DNA from: Gekko japonicus
Lineage: Eukaryota
Reading direction: 5' to 3'
Length of the DNA: 64,000 nucleotides
Assembly: GCF_001447785.1 (NCBI RefSeq)
Contig: NW_015163194.1
Location: 62,001-126,000 of the forward strand
Shown here: piece by piece, positions 38,933-51,032 of the stretch
Layout: every line of letters starts with the position of its first letter
Position numbering within the stretch: position 1 is the stretch's first letter
Translations under genes and position numbers: made by a program
The notes under the pieces: model-generated
Told to the model about the DNA's origin: nothing
Databases searched by the model: none
What the model saw: only the letters and a program-made list of their open reading frames with translations

Positions 38933-39877
38933 ATGGAAGCTCTGAATGACAACCAGACAAGGGTCACTGAGTTTCTCCTGGCTGCCATTTCCCCAACATG
39001 GCAGTCCCAAGCCACCCTCTTTGCTATCTTCCTCCTGGTCTATGCTGCCACCCTAATTGGGAACACCCTGATCATCTTGACAGTGGGGTCTGACCCTCGG
39101 CTACGTACGCCCATGTACTTCCTGCTGGGTAATCTTTCTTTCCTGGATCTCTGCTATTCCACCGTCACTGCCCCCAAGATGTTGATGGACTTCTTGGCCA
39201 CAAAAAGGAGCATCTCTTTCGATGGCTGTATGACCCAGCTCTTTTTCCTCCATTTTGTGGGTGCTGCCGAGATGTTTCTCCTCACTGTCATGGCCTATGA
39301 CAGGTATGTGGCCATTTGTAAGCCTCTGCATTACCCCAGTATCATGAACCGGACACTCTGTAGCTGGTTGGTGGCAGCTTCTTGGACAGGAGGCTTCATC
39401 CACTCCACAGTCCAGACGATCCTCACCATGAGGTTGCCCTTCTGTGGGCCCAACGAAGTGGACAACTTCTTCTGTGATGTCCCACCGGTCATCAAGTTGG
39501 CCTGCACTGACACATACGTCATTGAGCTCCTAATGGTCTCCAACAGTGGCCTTATCTCCACCAGTTCCTTCATCATTTTGGTGATCTCCTATGCTACCAT
39601 CCTGGTGAGGATCCGTTCCCCTGAGGGGAGACGCAAAGCCCTCAATGTCTGCGCCTCCCACCTCACAGTGGTGACCTTGTTCTTTGGGCCCTGCATCTTC
39701 ATCTACGCTCGGCCTTTCTCCACTTTCTCAGTGGACAAACTGGTGTCCCTCCTGTACAACATCATCACACCGATGCTGAACCCCTTAATCTACACCTTGC
39801 GGAACAAAGATGTGAAGTCAGCCATGGCTAAGCTGAGACGCAAGGAAGTGCGTTCTGACAGGAAGTTGTCAATGTGA
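38933..39877 (+). CDS. Olfactory receptor, family 4, OR4Q2-like (314 aa)
   Basis: QLFFLHFVGAAEMFLLTVMAYDRY, HSTVQTILT, CDVPPVIKLAC, IRSPEGRRKAL and IYARPFSTFSVDK are OR4Q2-type. Acceptor ...ttgtttcacacctgcag lies immediately before the ATG at 38933. Confidence 0.93.
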   Translation: MEALNDNQTRVTEFLLAAISPTWQSQATLFAIFLLVYAATLIGNTLIILTVGSDPRLRTPMYFLLGNLSFLDLCYSTVTAPKMLMDFLATKRSISFDGCMTQLFFLHFVGAAEMFLLTVMAYDRYVAICKPLHYPSIMNRTLCSWLVAASWTGGFIHSTVQTILTMRLPFCGPNEVDNFFCDVPPVIKLACTDTYVIELLMVSNSGLISTSSFIILVISYATILVRIRSPEGRRKALNVCASHLTVVTLFFGPCIFIYARPFSTFSVDKLVSLLYNIITPMLNPLIYTLRNKDVKSAMAKLRRKEVRSDRKLSM

Positions 39878-41734
39878 GGTGGATAGAAAACTAGGAGCTG
39901 CTCCTGAGAGAACTGTAGCTTTAGTGGAAAGATATTGACTGAAAGTATTTCATAGGTGGGGGTGGCAGGAGAAAAGGTCCTCCCTCAGGTGCCAGCCAAT
40001 TGAACTTTGGTTAAGGCTGGTTTCCTAAGGAAGGGCCTACAAGCGGATCTGTAGACCTTCATCTGACAGCACAACAGCTTAGTGCGCAACTACTATGTGA
40101 CGGTTACCATTGCTTCTCGATTCCCTCTGCACAATTAAACATGCAATAGGCTTTGCAAACCATTTCTCAGTCTCTCCTCCTCAGCTATCTCATTTAACAA
40201 CAGTGGCTCATCCCCACCTTTCTTCTTCACCTTTCCTGTCAAACTGCAGTTTGGGAACTTCCAGGAAGTTCTGGGGTGGAGCCTCGGGAGGGCAGACTTT
40301 GGGGAGGGGAATGACCTCAGTGGCGACGTGATGATATTCAGTCCACTCTCCTCTCCTCAAACCCCGCCCTCTCAGTCTCCACCCCCAAAGTCCCCAGGTT
40401 ATTTCCCAACTGGACCTGGCAACCCTGTGTGTCCCATCTGCCTTCTGAGACGTGTGCCAGCCTTGTCGGGCCCTGAGGCTGCTGGTGATGCATTTCCAGG
40501 CCCAGTCCTGGCTTTGTTCTCCACAGCTTCTTGTCAGACTGCCTGCCTCAGTGGTGTCTGGGCAAAGCAGGTGAGTGTGGGGGGTGGAGCCTCCACCCTC
40601 AGACAAGAAACTTCAATGGATCAAACCTACCTAGTCCCACACCCAGCTTCCCTCAGAAGCCAACCAGAATAGGTTGTCAGACCACCCCCACCCCCGGTGG
40701 AGGTGGGGGTCCCCTGCTGACAGGCCCCACCTCCCCGTTGCTGATCAGCTAGCCAGTGGTGGGGAACGTACCCTGATAAAGAGGGCGATCCATACGACGT
40801 GCAGTGATGTATCTACGACACTGGCCACGTGACCTGGAAGGGACGTCATCACACCCAGGATGCCAGGGCGATGCTCTGGTATTTGGACAAACTCTATGGT
40901 AGAAGCCAAATTTACCGAGGAGTTTTTGCCCAAGAACCAGAATGTCTCCCCAATGTCTCGGATGTGATGATGTCACTTCCGGGTCACATGGGCAGTGACG
41001 TAGACATGTCACTGTATGTTGGATGGGCCTCCCTGCTGCTCCTGGTAAGCCTTTTCACTCCCCTGCTAGACCTGGCAACCCTAAGCCAGATGCCCCCAAA
41101 ATTTGTACAAGCAAGGCATGGGTGCTGAATATGTCCCTTGTTGTTGCCTCTGATATTCAACAATAGACTGCCTCCGAACATGGAGGTTCTATTTAGCTAT
41201 CCTGGCTCATAGCCAATTAAGAACACCCAGGTTGTGGTAACAGATGAAACAATTATGAAAAGTCGGCCTGCCGTAAAAGAGCTGGATTCAAGTCCAGTAG
41301 CACCTTGGAGATCAACAAGTTGTTCAAGGCAGGGGTCATCTCCTGCAGGAGCGCACAGGAGTGGAGCTCCGGCAGTAAAAAGCCCAGGGGGCGGGCACAT
41401 GCAACAAGCCCTCAGTCGGAGCAAGAAGCAGCCAGGTAAGTTGCAAAGCTCCCCCCGCCCCACCCGCCCAACACGACCCACAGACACCTCGCCANNNNNN
41501 NNNNNNNNNNNNNNNNNNNNNNNNNNNNNNNNNNNNNNNNNNNNNNNNNNNNNNNNNNNNNNNNNNNNNNNNNNNNNNNNNNNNNNNNNNNNNNNNNNNN
41601 NNNNNNNNNNNNNNNNNNNNNNNNNNNNNNNNNNNNNNNNNNNNNNNNNNNNNNNNNNNNNNNNNNNNNNNNNNNNNNNNNNNNNNNNNNNNNNNNNNNN
41701 NNNNNNNNTATGTCTAGAATATATAGATAATAGT

Positions 41735-41776
41735 GACCACTGAGGAAGGCCCTTAGGGGCCGAAACGCATTTGGTC
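41735..41776 (+). ncRNA. Minimal type I hammerhead ribozyme motif in a Penelope-like pLTR
   Basis: GACCA-CTGAGGA-A-GGCCC(TTAG)GGGCC-GAAA-CGCA-TT-TGGTC: both core boxes with perfect stems I and II. Confidence 0.7.
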
Positions 41777-42383
41777 TTCAGTTGTAAATTATTTACCCAT
41801 CATATGTATGTATAATCTTTTATAGACAATAATTTTTAATCAGGAGAGTTTTAACATGTGTACACCTTAATAAATATTTGTACTTTTTTATATATATGGT
41901 TTAGCTTAGCCCTTTTGGTTCGTTGTCATAGCCTGGGTTGAGTTCCCCCCCCTTTCCCCCCCCCAGTTTTTTGAAGGGAGTTTTGACCCTCGAAAGCTTA
42001 TACCCAGAAAAATCTTGTTGGTCTTTAAGTTGCTATTGTACTGAAATCTAACTCAGTTATGAGACTATGTGGGACAAAGTGCTGGGTCTGAACGTGGGTG
42101 GCCCCTCTCTGTTTTAACCAGCCTCACTCTGTTTGTAACTTGTCCTAAACCTTTAAGAACATAAGATTTGCCTTGCTGAATTAAGTCTGATTGATCTGAT
42201 CTGATTGGGTTTTTTTCCTTCCAAAGCACCTTACAATAATAAAGTCAAACTAAAATAAAACCACATTTTTGCTTAAGTGGCACTGGTCAAAAGAATAAAG
42301 GAAAACAGATCTGGGGGTAGGACAGTCCTTAGTCTCCAGCAGTGACCCTGGGCAGAAAATTGCCTTCCAGTTATGTCACAAAA

Positions 42384-42735
42384 GGAGCTGCGGTGGCTCA
42401 AGTGGTTAAGACGCTGAACTGCAGGCTGTGGAAGTTCGGTAGTTCAGCAGTTCGAGACCCGAGTGTGCCGCATGACGGGTGAGCTCCCGTCTCTAGTTCC
42501 AGCTCCTGCCAACCTTGCAGCTCAAAAGCAAGAAATCGCAAGTAGATAAATAGGTACCACTTTGGTGGGTAGGGAACAGCGTTCCATGCGCCTTGGTGTT
42601 CAGTCATGCCAGCCACATGACCACGGAGACGTCTTCGGACAGTGCTGGCTCTTCGGCTTTGAAACGGAGATGAGCACCGCAACCCTAGAGTCGGATTCAA
42701 CTGGCTTTCGAGCAAGGGAAACCTTTACCTTTACC
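42384..42735 (+). mobile_element. Sauria SINE
   Basis: TSD TATGTCACAAAA. Confidence 0.92.
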
Positions 42736-43095
42736 TATGTCACAAAAAGGCATGATAGAGAGAGCCATGCAAACCGTTTTCTGCTCGAGGGATGCTGGAC
42801 ACGACCCAAAGGGATTCTGCAATGCAAAACGGGTCCAGCTACTGTGGCTTGCTCATAGGCTTGCCAGTCTCCAGGTGGGGGCTGGCGATCTCCTGGGATT
42901 ATGACCAATCTCCAGAGGACAAATATCAGTTCCCCTGGAGAAGATTGGCTGCTCTGGAGGGTGGACTCTGTGGCACTATGACCTGCAGGGGTCCTTCCCC
43001 TCCCCAAACGCCACCCTTCTCAGGCTCCATCCCAAATCTCCAGAAATCCCCCACCCTAGAATTGCCAACCCTAGTTGCTCATCAATAGCCTAGAA

Positions 43096-43375
43096 GCAGA
43101 AACAGGATGGAGAGTCAGTTTGGTGCTAATAAGGTGCTTGGGGACCAACGGAAGGAATAGCAGGCAAGAGCTCTTTGTGCCTTCAGATATACCTCGTCAC
43201 TCCAGGCTGCTGTCGGGCCCGGAGCAGTCCGGCAATGGTGCTTGGGGAACCTTCTTCTACCTGAAGGACTGCCAGCCATTTGAAGGGAACAAGTGGTGAG
43301 TAGTTCTCTTCTCTCTGTTTCTCCAGTAGGTGCTCTGGGCTGTCTCTCACTTCCTTCCTAGCAGACCCTTCTTAC
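43096..43375 (+). promoter_or_regulatory. Putative OR4N-a promoter and non-coding first exon
   Basis: Non-repeat-looking block alignable to 56520-56810, including the donor GTGAGT at 43296. Confidence 0.55.
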
Positions 43376-43488
43376 CAGGGACACTCGAATAAGTGCCTAG
43401 ACCATGTGGCCAGAATTTATTTATTTATTCAATTTCTATTCAATTTATCTATTCAATTTCTGAGCGGTTTACATGGGTATTTAAACTT

Positions 43489-44060
43489 CCTAGCTAGGGC
43501 CACACAATGTAGGGGGAGGTGATTGCCTACTAGGCACCCCACCGGCTTAGATGTTCCTGTGGCTTCCTCGTGGTGGTTCGGCACAGCTCCGCAGCAGCTC
43601 CTTCAGGGGGAGTTCCCATAGTCCACGACTGTGCAATGACTTGCTGCACCGGCCTCTGTCCGATTGGCTCTGGCCATGCTGCGTCGCCGCGTCCTTGGAC
43701 CAGACCCCTGCCCGGAACGCCAGCTGCTTGATGTCGACTCGCCACCATGTTCTTTTTTCGCCGGATCGCTCCACCGCTCCACCGCCATTGCCTGCCGCCA
43801 GCACCACAGTTCTTCTTTTTTGTTGCCACTTTGCACCAGAGTTCTTTTTTGTTGCCACTTTGCACTTTGCACCGGAGGCAGGTGCCCCCCTGCACCTAAG
43901 GCAGGTACCCATTTATCTTCTTGCAAGGCTTTCAAACCGCTGGGTAGGCGGGAGCTAGGACAAGGGCCAGGAGCTCACCCCGGCCGCGGTGGGACTCGAA
44001 CTGCCTAAGGCAGTTGATGGATTATCTTGCAGGCTGTTTTACTGCCTGCGCCACCGCTCC
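43489..44060 (-). mobile_element. Chimeric tRNA-headed SINE (Sauria-like 5' part, unrelated 3' part)
   Basis: Head alignable to Sauria SINE; TSD tatttaa(a/g)ctt. Confidence 0.6.
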
Positions 44061-44099
44061 TTATTTAAGCTTTGCCCAAACGTTTGTGCCAGCCGAGCA

Positions 44100-45255
44100 A
44101 AAGGAACGGTCCGTTTGAGTGGATGACGGTGTGACAAATGAAGGTCAATGTCAGTAAGTGTGAGGTGATGCACACTGGGACAAGAAAAAAATCCAACTTC
44201 AAGTATAGGCTAATGGGGTCTGAACTTGCTGGGACTGAGAGGGGGAAAAAAGATCTTGGGGTCGTAGTGGGTAGCTCAATCGAAAAAAGTCAACCCAGTG
44301 TGCGGCAGTTGTGAAAAAGGCAAACTCTTTGTTAGGGATGATTTGGAAAGGGACTGAGAATAAAGTGGCCGGTATGCAATGCTCCCTCTAAACTGTGGAG
44401 TCTTGCGAGCAAAAAATTCTACTTTGTGAGCTCCTGGCGCTAAAGTTGTGAGGGAACGATTTGGCTACTGTGTAAATGAGTTTGCTCTGGAGCCCTCCTT
44501 CCTGAGCTGAGACAAAAATGTGTGAGCCGGAAGCTAAAAAACTGTGAGCTAGCTCACACTAACTCAGCTTAGAGGGAACACTGCTGAGATGGTAATGTCC
44601 CTGTATAGATCTAGGGTTCAACCTCATTTGGAATACAGTGTACAGTTCCGGTCACCAGCTGGAAAAAGTACAGAGGTGGGCAACCAAGATGATTAGGGGA
44701 TTGCAGCACCTTCCCTAGGAGGAAAGGCTGAAGAATCTGGGACTTTTCGGTTTAGAAAAGAGATGACTGGGGGTGGGGGGGGGATGACAGAGGTTTGCAT
44801 TGGATTATGGATTGCATTGGATGGAGAGAGTTAACAAAGAGAAAATTTCCCCCCTCTCCCAAAATACTAGAACACAAGGGCATCCTGTGAAGCTAATGGG
44901 CACTAGGTTCAGGATGGGCAGAAGGAAATACTACTTTACACAAAGGGTGATTAAAATGTGGGATTCACTGCCAGAGGATGTAGTGAAGAGGACCACAGAA
45001 CTAAACAGCTCTGAAAGGGGATTAGATAAATTCATGGAGAATAGGTCTATCAATGGCTACTAGTCAGGGTGGCAGAGGGGCACCTCCACGAAGCCTCTGA
45101 ATCCCAGAGCCAGGAGGCAACTTCGGGGGAGGCCTCGGCCTCTCTGCCCTGTGGTTGGCCCTCCAGAAGAACTGTTTGGCCACTGTGTGAGACAGGAAGG
45201 TGGACTAGAGGGACCCTCACTGGTCTGATCCAGCAGGGCTTTTCTTATGTTCTTA
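44100..45255 (+). mobile_element. Older CR1 LINE fragment with nested MITE (44377-44583)
   Basis: RKYYFTQRVIKMWDSLP; GTTCTTA tail. Confidence 0.8.
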
Positions 45256-45819
45256 GACTGGCTATAAGAATTGTTCTCGGGACATTTCACAGAGGTCAGC
45301 CCTCCCACACATTTCCTTTCTGCTCCTTAATGAACCACCGGGATCCCGACTACCACCTGTCAGTTTCTTCCTTATAGTTGGAGTGAGGGAATCACAATTG
45401 AGAGCACTTTGTGCAGAAATGAACATTTGGGTCAGACCTAAAGGTCAATTCTATTGTACAAGACAGCTGGAGGCACCTGTGGAGCATTTTGGGTGGTCTA
45501 GCATATCCCAGGATGCAAGGTCCTAATTCCCCCCCTCATATGTGATGGCCTGAGAACCACATGCATTTGAAAGTTCCCTCTGTAAAATGACGATAAGGCA
45601 TCTAAAATCAGAGCCTTCTTCTGCCAGAGTTGTACGATTAGGGGTAGCCCAAAGCATACCTTGGAGAGCAACGCTACAGTGCTATGCAAAAGTATGATCA
45701 TCGTCACCATTATTACTATTGATAGTATTAGTATTAATGTTTCCTATGACTTGCTTCTTCTAAGTGTGGAGGCTTCTTCTGTCAAAGTAGGGCTTTCCAA
45801 TTAGTGAAGTGGAGTCATG

Positions 45820-46037
45820 AGGGGAAAGGCCATGGCTCAGTGGTAGAGCATCTGCTTGGCATGCAGAAGGTCCCAGGTTCAATCCCCAGCATCTCCAATT
45901 GAAAGGATCTGGCATTAGGTGATATGAAATATCTCTGCCTGAGGCCCTGGAGACCCATGGCCAGTCTGTGTGGACAGTACTGACTTTGATGGACCAAAGG
46001 TCTGATTCAGTATAAGGGAGCTTCCTGTGTTCATGTT
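45820..46037 (+). mobile_element. tRNA-derived SINE
   Basis: Family of 7595-7811. Confidence 0.75.
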
Positions 46038-46495
46038 TGTCCAACTCAAAAACAATGGATACTTTTCAGTATTCAAAATGCTTCCCACCTGTGATCAAGG
46101 AACCAGTTCCTTATTCAGCCCATTGAATAATGAGCCGGGAGAAAAGAACGAACTTCACCCCCATTCATCCTTGATTTCTGTTAGCTGTACCATTAAGGAG
46201 CAGCATGGGCCCACACTCAAAAGATCCTACAGTCTCAATTCTCCTTTTGAGAGCCCGCCTGTGGGTTTTGAGCCTGTCTGGTGGTGGAGAGCAGATGCCT
46301 AGGAATGTATGGAAGTTTTGCTGGAGGAAAAGTTTCTTGGTCTTTGAAGGCGCCACAGGACACATGGAGCTGCCTTATACTGGATTGGACCCTGGGTCCA
46401 CCAAGGCCAGTCTTGTCTGCTCAGACTGGTAGTGGCTCTCCAGGGTCTCAGAGGGAGGTCTTTCCCATCACCTACTGCCTGCTCCTTTAACTGTG

Positions 46496-46905
46496 GATTC
46501 ACAATACAAGAACTCGTGGGCACTCCATGAAATTGCTGAGCGGTCGGGTTAGAACGGATAAAAGGAAGTACTTCTTCACCCAAAGAGTGACCAACACATG
46601 GAATTCACTGCCACAGGAGGTGGTGGCGGCTACAAGCATGGACGGCTTCAAAAGGGAATTAGATAAGCATATGGAGCAGAGGTCCATCAATGGCTATTAG
46701 CCACAAGGTATAGATAGGGACTCTGGGGCAAGTGATGCTCTGTCTTCTTGGTGCTTGGGGGGGCCAACAGTGGGAGGGCTTCTAGTGTCCTGGCCCCACT
46801 GGTGGACCTCCTGATGGCACTGGTATTTCTGGCCACTGTGTGATACAGAGTGTTGGACTGGATGGGTCTTTGGCCTGATCCAACATTGGCATCTCTTATG
46901 TTCTT
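46496..46905 (+). mobile_element. CR1 3' end inserted into a minus-strand tRNA-SINE (46360-46960)
   Basis: CR1 3'UTR flanked by the two SINE halves. Confidence 0.8.
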
Positions 46906-47220
46906 AGGGTTGAAGCTGGGACCTTCTGTATGCCCAGCAGATACTCTACCACGGGGTCATGCCATCTGTAACAGCCACGATGGTGTTTGAGTCCCGGTTA
47001 ATGCAATCCAGTCTACAGTTCAATCCCAATTCAGCCGTTCTTTATTCAGCAGTTCTCTATGCCACAAGATATCTGTTTTTGTGGTTCCACAAAACTGTTT
47101 TTTTGTTTTGTTTGTTTGCAAGGAAGGGGAGCGGCTTTAACACCGGCTAAAACGCATTCCGCAACGGAGCCCTTGCCATGACTCGATCAGTACTAAACAT
47201 TTCATTTTTTTTTAAACGGA

Positions 47221-47585
47221 GAGCCAGTTTGGTGTCATGGTGAAGTGCGTGGACTCTAATCTGGGAGAACCGGGTTTGATTCCCCACTCCTCCACTTGCA
47301 CCTGGCTGGATGACCCTTGGACAAGCCGTAGTTCTGATAACAGCTGTCCTTGAAAAAGATCAGTTTCTGTCAAGAGCTCTCTCAGCCCCACCTACCCCAC
47401 AGGGTGTCTGTTGTGGGGAGGGGAAGGGAAAGGAGTGTGTGAGCCGCTCCTTTACTTTGTGCTGTTATGGCCAATGGCTAAGACAATAAACGAAACTTGA
47501 AACTTGAAACTTGAAACTTGGGTAGTGAAGGACGGGGTATAAATCCAACCTCCTCCTCCTCCTCCTCCTCCTCCTCTTCTTCTTC
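47221..47585 (+). mobile_element. Squam3-like SINE
   Basis: Head, core and tail present, with a small internal insertion. Confidence 0.8.
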
Positions 47586-48318
47586 TAAAAAACCACCCAT
47601 GTGAGGGAAATGAAGACAAAAGGCTTGGTCAGGATCAGGCAAAGGACCATACACGCCTGTGCCCTTTGACATGCTGGGCTTCGCCCTTCGAGCTGATCCC
47701 AGACGTGCCTGGGATTCATCTGGTACATTTCCCCCAGGATCTTTTTAAAAAAAACTTCCCATCCCATCTCTGCGCTTAGCTGTTGGTAGGGTTGCCAGCT
47801 TCGTGTTGAGAAATTCCCGGAGACTTGGGGGTGGAGCCTGGGGAGGGCAGGGCGTGGGGAGTGGGAGGACATTCAGCAGGGGGGGGTGTCCACGAGACCA
47901 CCCTCCAAAGCAGCCATTTTCTCCAGCGGAAGAACTGAGCTCTGTAGTCTGGAGAACCCAGGAGATCTCCAGGCCGTACCCGGAGGCTGACACCCATAGA
48001 AGAAAGGGGGTCCCCCCTCTTTGAGATCTTTTCCATTTCAGAAGCTGGGTCCAGTCTCTTACGTTTGATGGATCTGACCCCACAAATGGTTGTCTAAGTA
48101 GCCTGACAGGTAACTCTCTAGGGGAGGGTATGGAAAACCCGTCTATATGGGTTATTTTCCCATCTGGAGCACAAGTCCAACAGACCTTTGCAGCCCATGC
48201 ACCACTTCCGCACCCTGCTCCTCTGTCTATGCACAGTCCCCAAAGCGCTGGGTGAGAAACTTGCATGACCCTGGGAACATAGTGCATTGGGCTGGATCTT
48301 TGGGAGGGGGGCATTTGC

Positions 48319-48663
48319 ATAAGAACATAAGAACATAGGAGATGCCAATGTTGGGTCAGGCCAAAGGCCCATCCAGTCTAACACTCTGTGTCACACAGTG
48401 GCCAGAAATACCAGTGCCATCAGGAGGTCCACCAGTGAGGCCAGGACACTAGAAGCCCTCCCACTGTTGCCCCCCCAAAGCACCAAGAAGACAGAGCATC
48501 ACTTGCCCCAGAGCCCCTATCTATACCTTGTGGCTAAGAGCCACTGATGGACCTCTGCTCCATATGCTTATCTAGTTCCCTTTTGAAGCCATCCATGCTT
48601 GTAGCCACCACCACTTCCTGTGGCAGTGAATTCCATGTGTTAATCACTCTTTGGGTGAAGAAG
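48319..48663 (-). mobile_element. CR1 3' end
   Basis: ATAAGAAC tail; runs into a gap. Confidence 0.85.
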
Positions 48664-49329
48664 NNNNNNNNNNNNNNNNNNNNNNNNNNNNNNNNNNNNN
48701 NNNNNNNNNNNNNNNNNNNNNNNNNNNNNNNNNNNNNNNNNNNNNNNNNNNNNNNNNNNNNNNNNNNNNNNNNNNNNNNNNNNNNNNNNNNNNNNNNNNN
48801 NNNNNNNNNNNNNNNNNNNNNNNNNNNNNNNNNNNNNNNNNNNNNNNNNNNNNNNNNNNNNNNNNNNNNNNNNNNNNNNNNNNNNNNNNNNNNNNNNNNN
48901 NNNNNNNNNNNNNNNNNNNNNNNNNNNNNNNNNNNNNNNNNNNNNNNNNNNNNNNNNNNNNNNNNNNNNNNNNNNNNNNNNNNNNNNNNNNNNNNNNNNN
49001 NNNNNNNNNNNNNNNNNNNNNNNNNNNNNNNNNNNNNNNNNNNNNNNNNNNNNNNTTCTTCTTCTTCTTCTTCTTCTTCTTCTTCTTCTTCTTCTTCTTC
49101 TTCTTCTTCTTCTTCTTCTTCTTCTTCTTCTTCTTCTTCTTCTTGTCTGGAGATGAGTTATTATTCAAGGAGATCTCTGGGACGCCCTGGCTGTTCTAGA
49201 CAATGAGGAAGGCTGAAAGCAAATGCTTGCAAATTCTGGAATAAAAGTCTGTGAGGCTTTAAGGTGCCAAGTACCTGACAGTAAAGGGCGAGTTACAGTC
49301 ATAAGTCCTTGCAGAGGTGTTCTCTCATG

Positions 49330-49649
49330 TAAAGGTAAAGGTTCCCTTGCTCGAAAGCCAGTCGAGTCCGACTCTAGGGTTGCGGTGCCCATCTCCATTT
49401 CAAAGCCGAAGAGCCAGCGCTGTCCAAAGACGTTTCCATCGTCATGTGGCCAGCATGACTAGACTCTGAGGCGCATGGTACCTATTTATCTACTTGCAAT
49501 TTCTTGCTTTTGAACTGCTCGGTTGGCAGGAGCTGGGGCCAGAGATGGGAGCTCACTCCGCCACGTGGCACTCGGGTCTCGAACTGCTGAACTACCGACC
49601 TTCCAGTCTGCAGTTCAGCGTCTTAACCACTTGAGCCACCGCAGCCCGC
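49330..49649 (-). mobile_element. Sauria SINE
   Basis: TSD TTCTCTCATG. Confidence 0.88.
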
Positions 49650-50597
49650 TTCTCTCATGAGCAGTCCTCAAAAAAGCTCTCTCAGCCCCACCTACCTCAC
49701 AGGGTGTCTGTTGTGGGGAGGGGAAGGGAAAGGAGATTGTAAACTACTCTGAGACTCCTTTGGGTAGTGAAGGGATGGGTATAAATCCAATCTCCTCTTC
49801 CTCCTCCTCTTCTTCTTCTCGTTCCTCTTCTTCTTCTTACTATAATTATAACTTTATTATCAAAAATACAAATCTAACTAAGTAAATAAATGTGTTTATT
49901 ATCAATTAGCAAAAAACAATTATGGGACCAATTGTAGCCTCAATACAGATTAAAAGTGTACAACATACACAAGTGGGACCTACTGTGACCAAAATGGACT
50001 TCTTCAGTGGTCAAGGAATAGTTGTACACATAGGCTCAATGATACAATAATTAGACAATAAGTTAATCAATGTAGGACCAAGCAAGGAGTTCCGTTGAAA
50101 AACAGGGAGAGGAAAATTGTTTTTGATTATCAAACTACTACTCATAGCAAACATAAATTATGCAATTAGATAACAGATTTTACTTACTTACAGTTACAAT
50201 CTATTGATGCAAGGCCTGAGAATATTAATAACAGTAAATTAAATGACATCAAAAAAGGTAGCATATAGTTACACTTTTTCTGTTCTGAAATATATCCTAT
50301 TGTTGTTGTCGTTGTGAGAATACTGAAGTTTAGTGACAGTTTTATTTAGGGCAGTGTTGGATCTATTCTGTACTGTGAAATGTAACCACTTTGTGTGACT
50401 CATGTTTTCTATTCCATTCCATATATATCTAGGTTTAATTCTGGATTCATAGTTGGGCCTATGATCTGGGACCACCTTTAAAAAGCCTCAGCAGAAACTG
50501 GTGGGATATCAGAAATAGTTTAGACAAAGAGGGCCAAACTTCAGCTACTAGGCACGAAACATTTAGTAAATGATAAAGCTAAACCCACCCTGATCTT

Positions 50598-50803
50598 GAT
50601 GGCCCAGGCTGCCCAATCTTGTCAGATCTCAGAAGCTAAGCCGGGTTGGTCCTGGTTAGTACTTGAATGGGAGATACCCCAAAGAAGTCCAGGGTTGCAA
50701 GGCAGAGGCAGGCAATGGCAAACCACCTACGTTTGTCTCATGCCTTGAAAAACCTATGGGGTTGCCATAATCTGCTATGACCTGACGGACTTTTCTACCA
50801 CCA
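50598..50803 (+). mobile_element. 5S rRNA-derived SINE
   Basis: agatctcagaagctaag...cctggttagtacttgaatgggaga 5S-like head with non-5S tail. Confidence 0.75.
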
Positions 50804-51032
50804 AAGATAAGCTTAGCTTGTCCAGACATGATGGACTTTTCCACTACCAAAGATAAGCTTAGCTTGTCCAGACATATCTTAACCCAGCAATCTATCTGAT
50901 TCTGTTCAGTCACTCTTTTTCTGGGCCATTTATCCTTTCATTGGATATAGCAATGTGTCAACATAGAAGAAAAGGTTTTGGTAGTACTTTACAGCCCTGG
51001 TATTATTTAGTTGCAGGACTGCTCAGTCCAAG

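Noticed and set aside
45820-45900. tRNA gene candidates (also ~7600 and the SINE heads)
   Set aside because: Degenerate cloverleafs followed by shared SINE bodies.
49987-50012. Minus-strand hammerhead (GACCA-CTGAAGA...TGGTC)
   Set aside because: Stem II and the GAAA box are deleted; cannot be functional.
50598-50690. 5S rRNA gene
   Set aside because: Partial, diverged and joined to a SINE tail.
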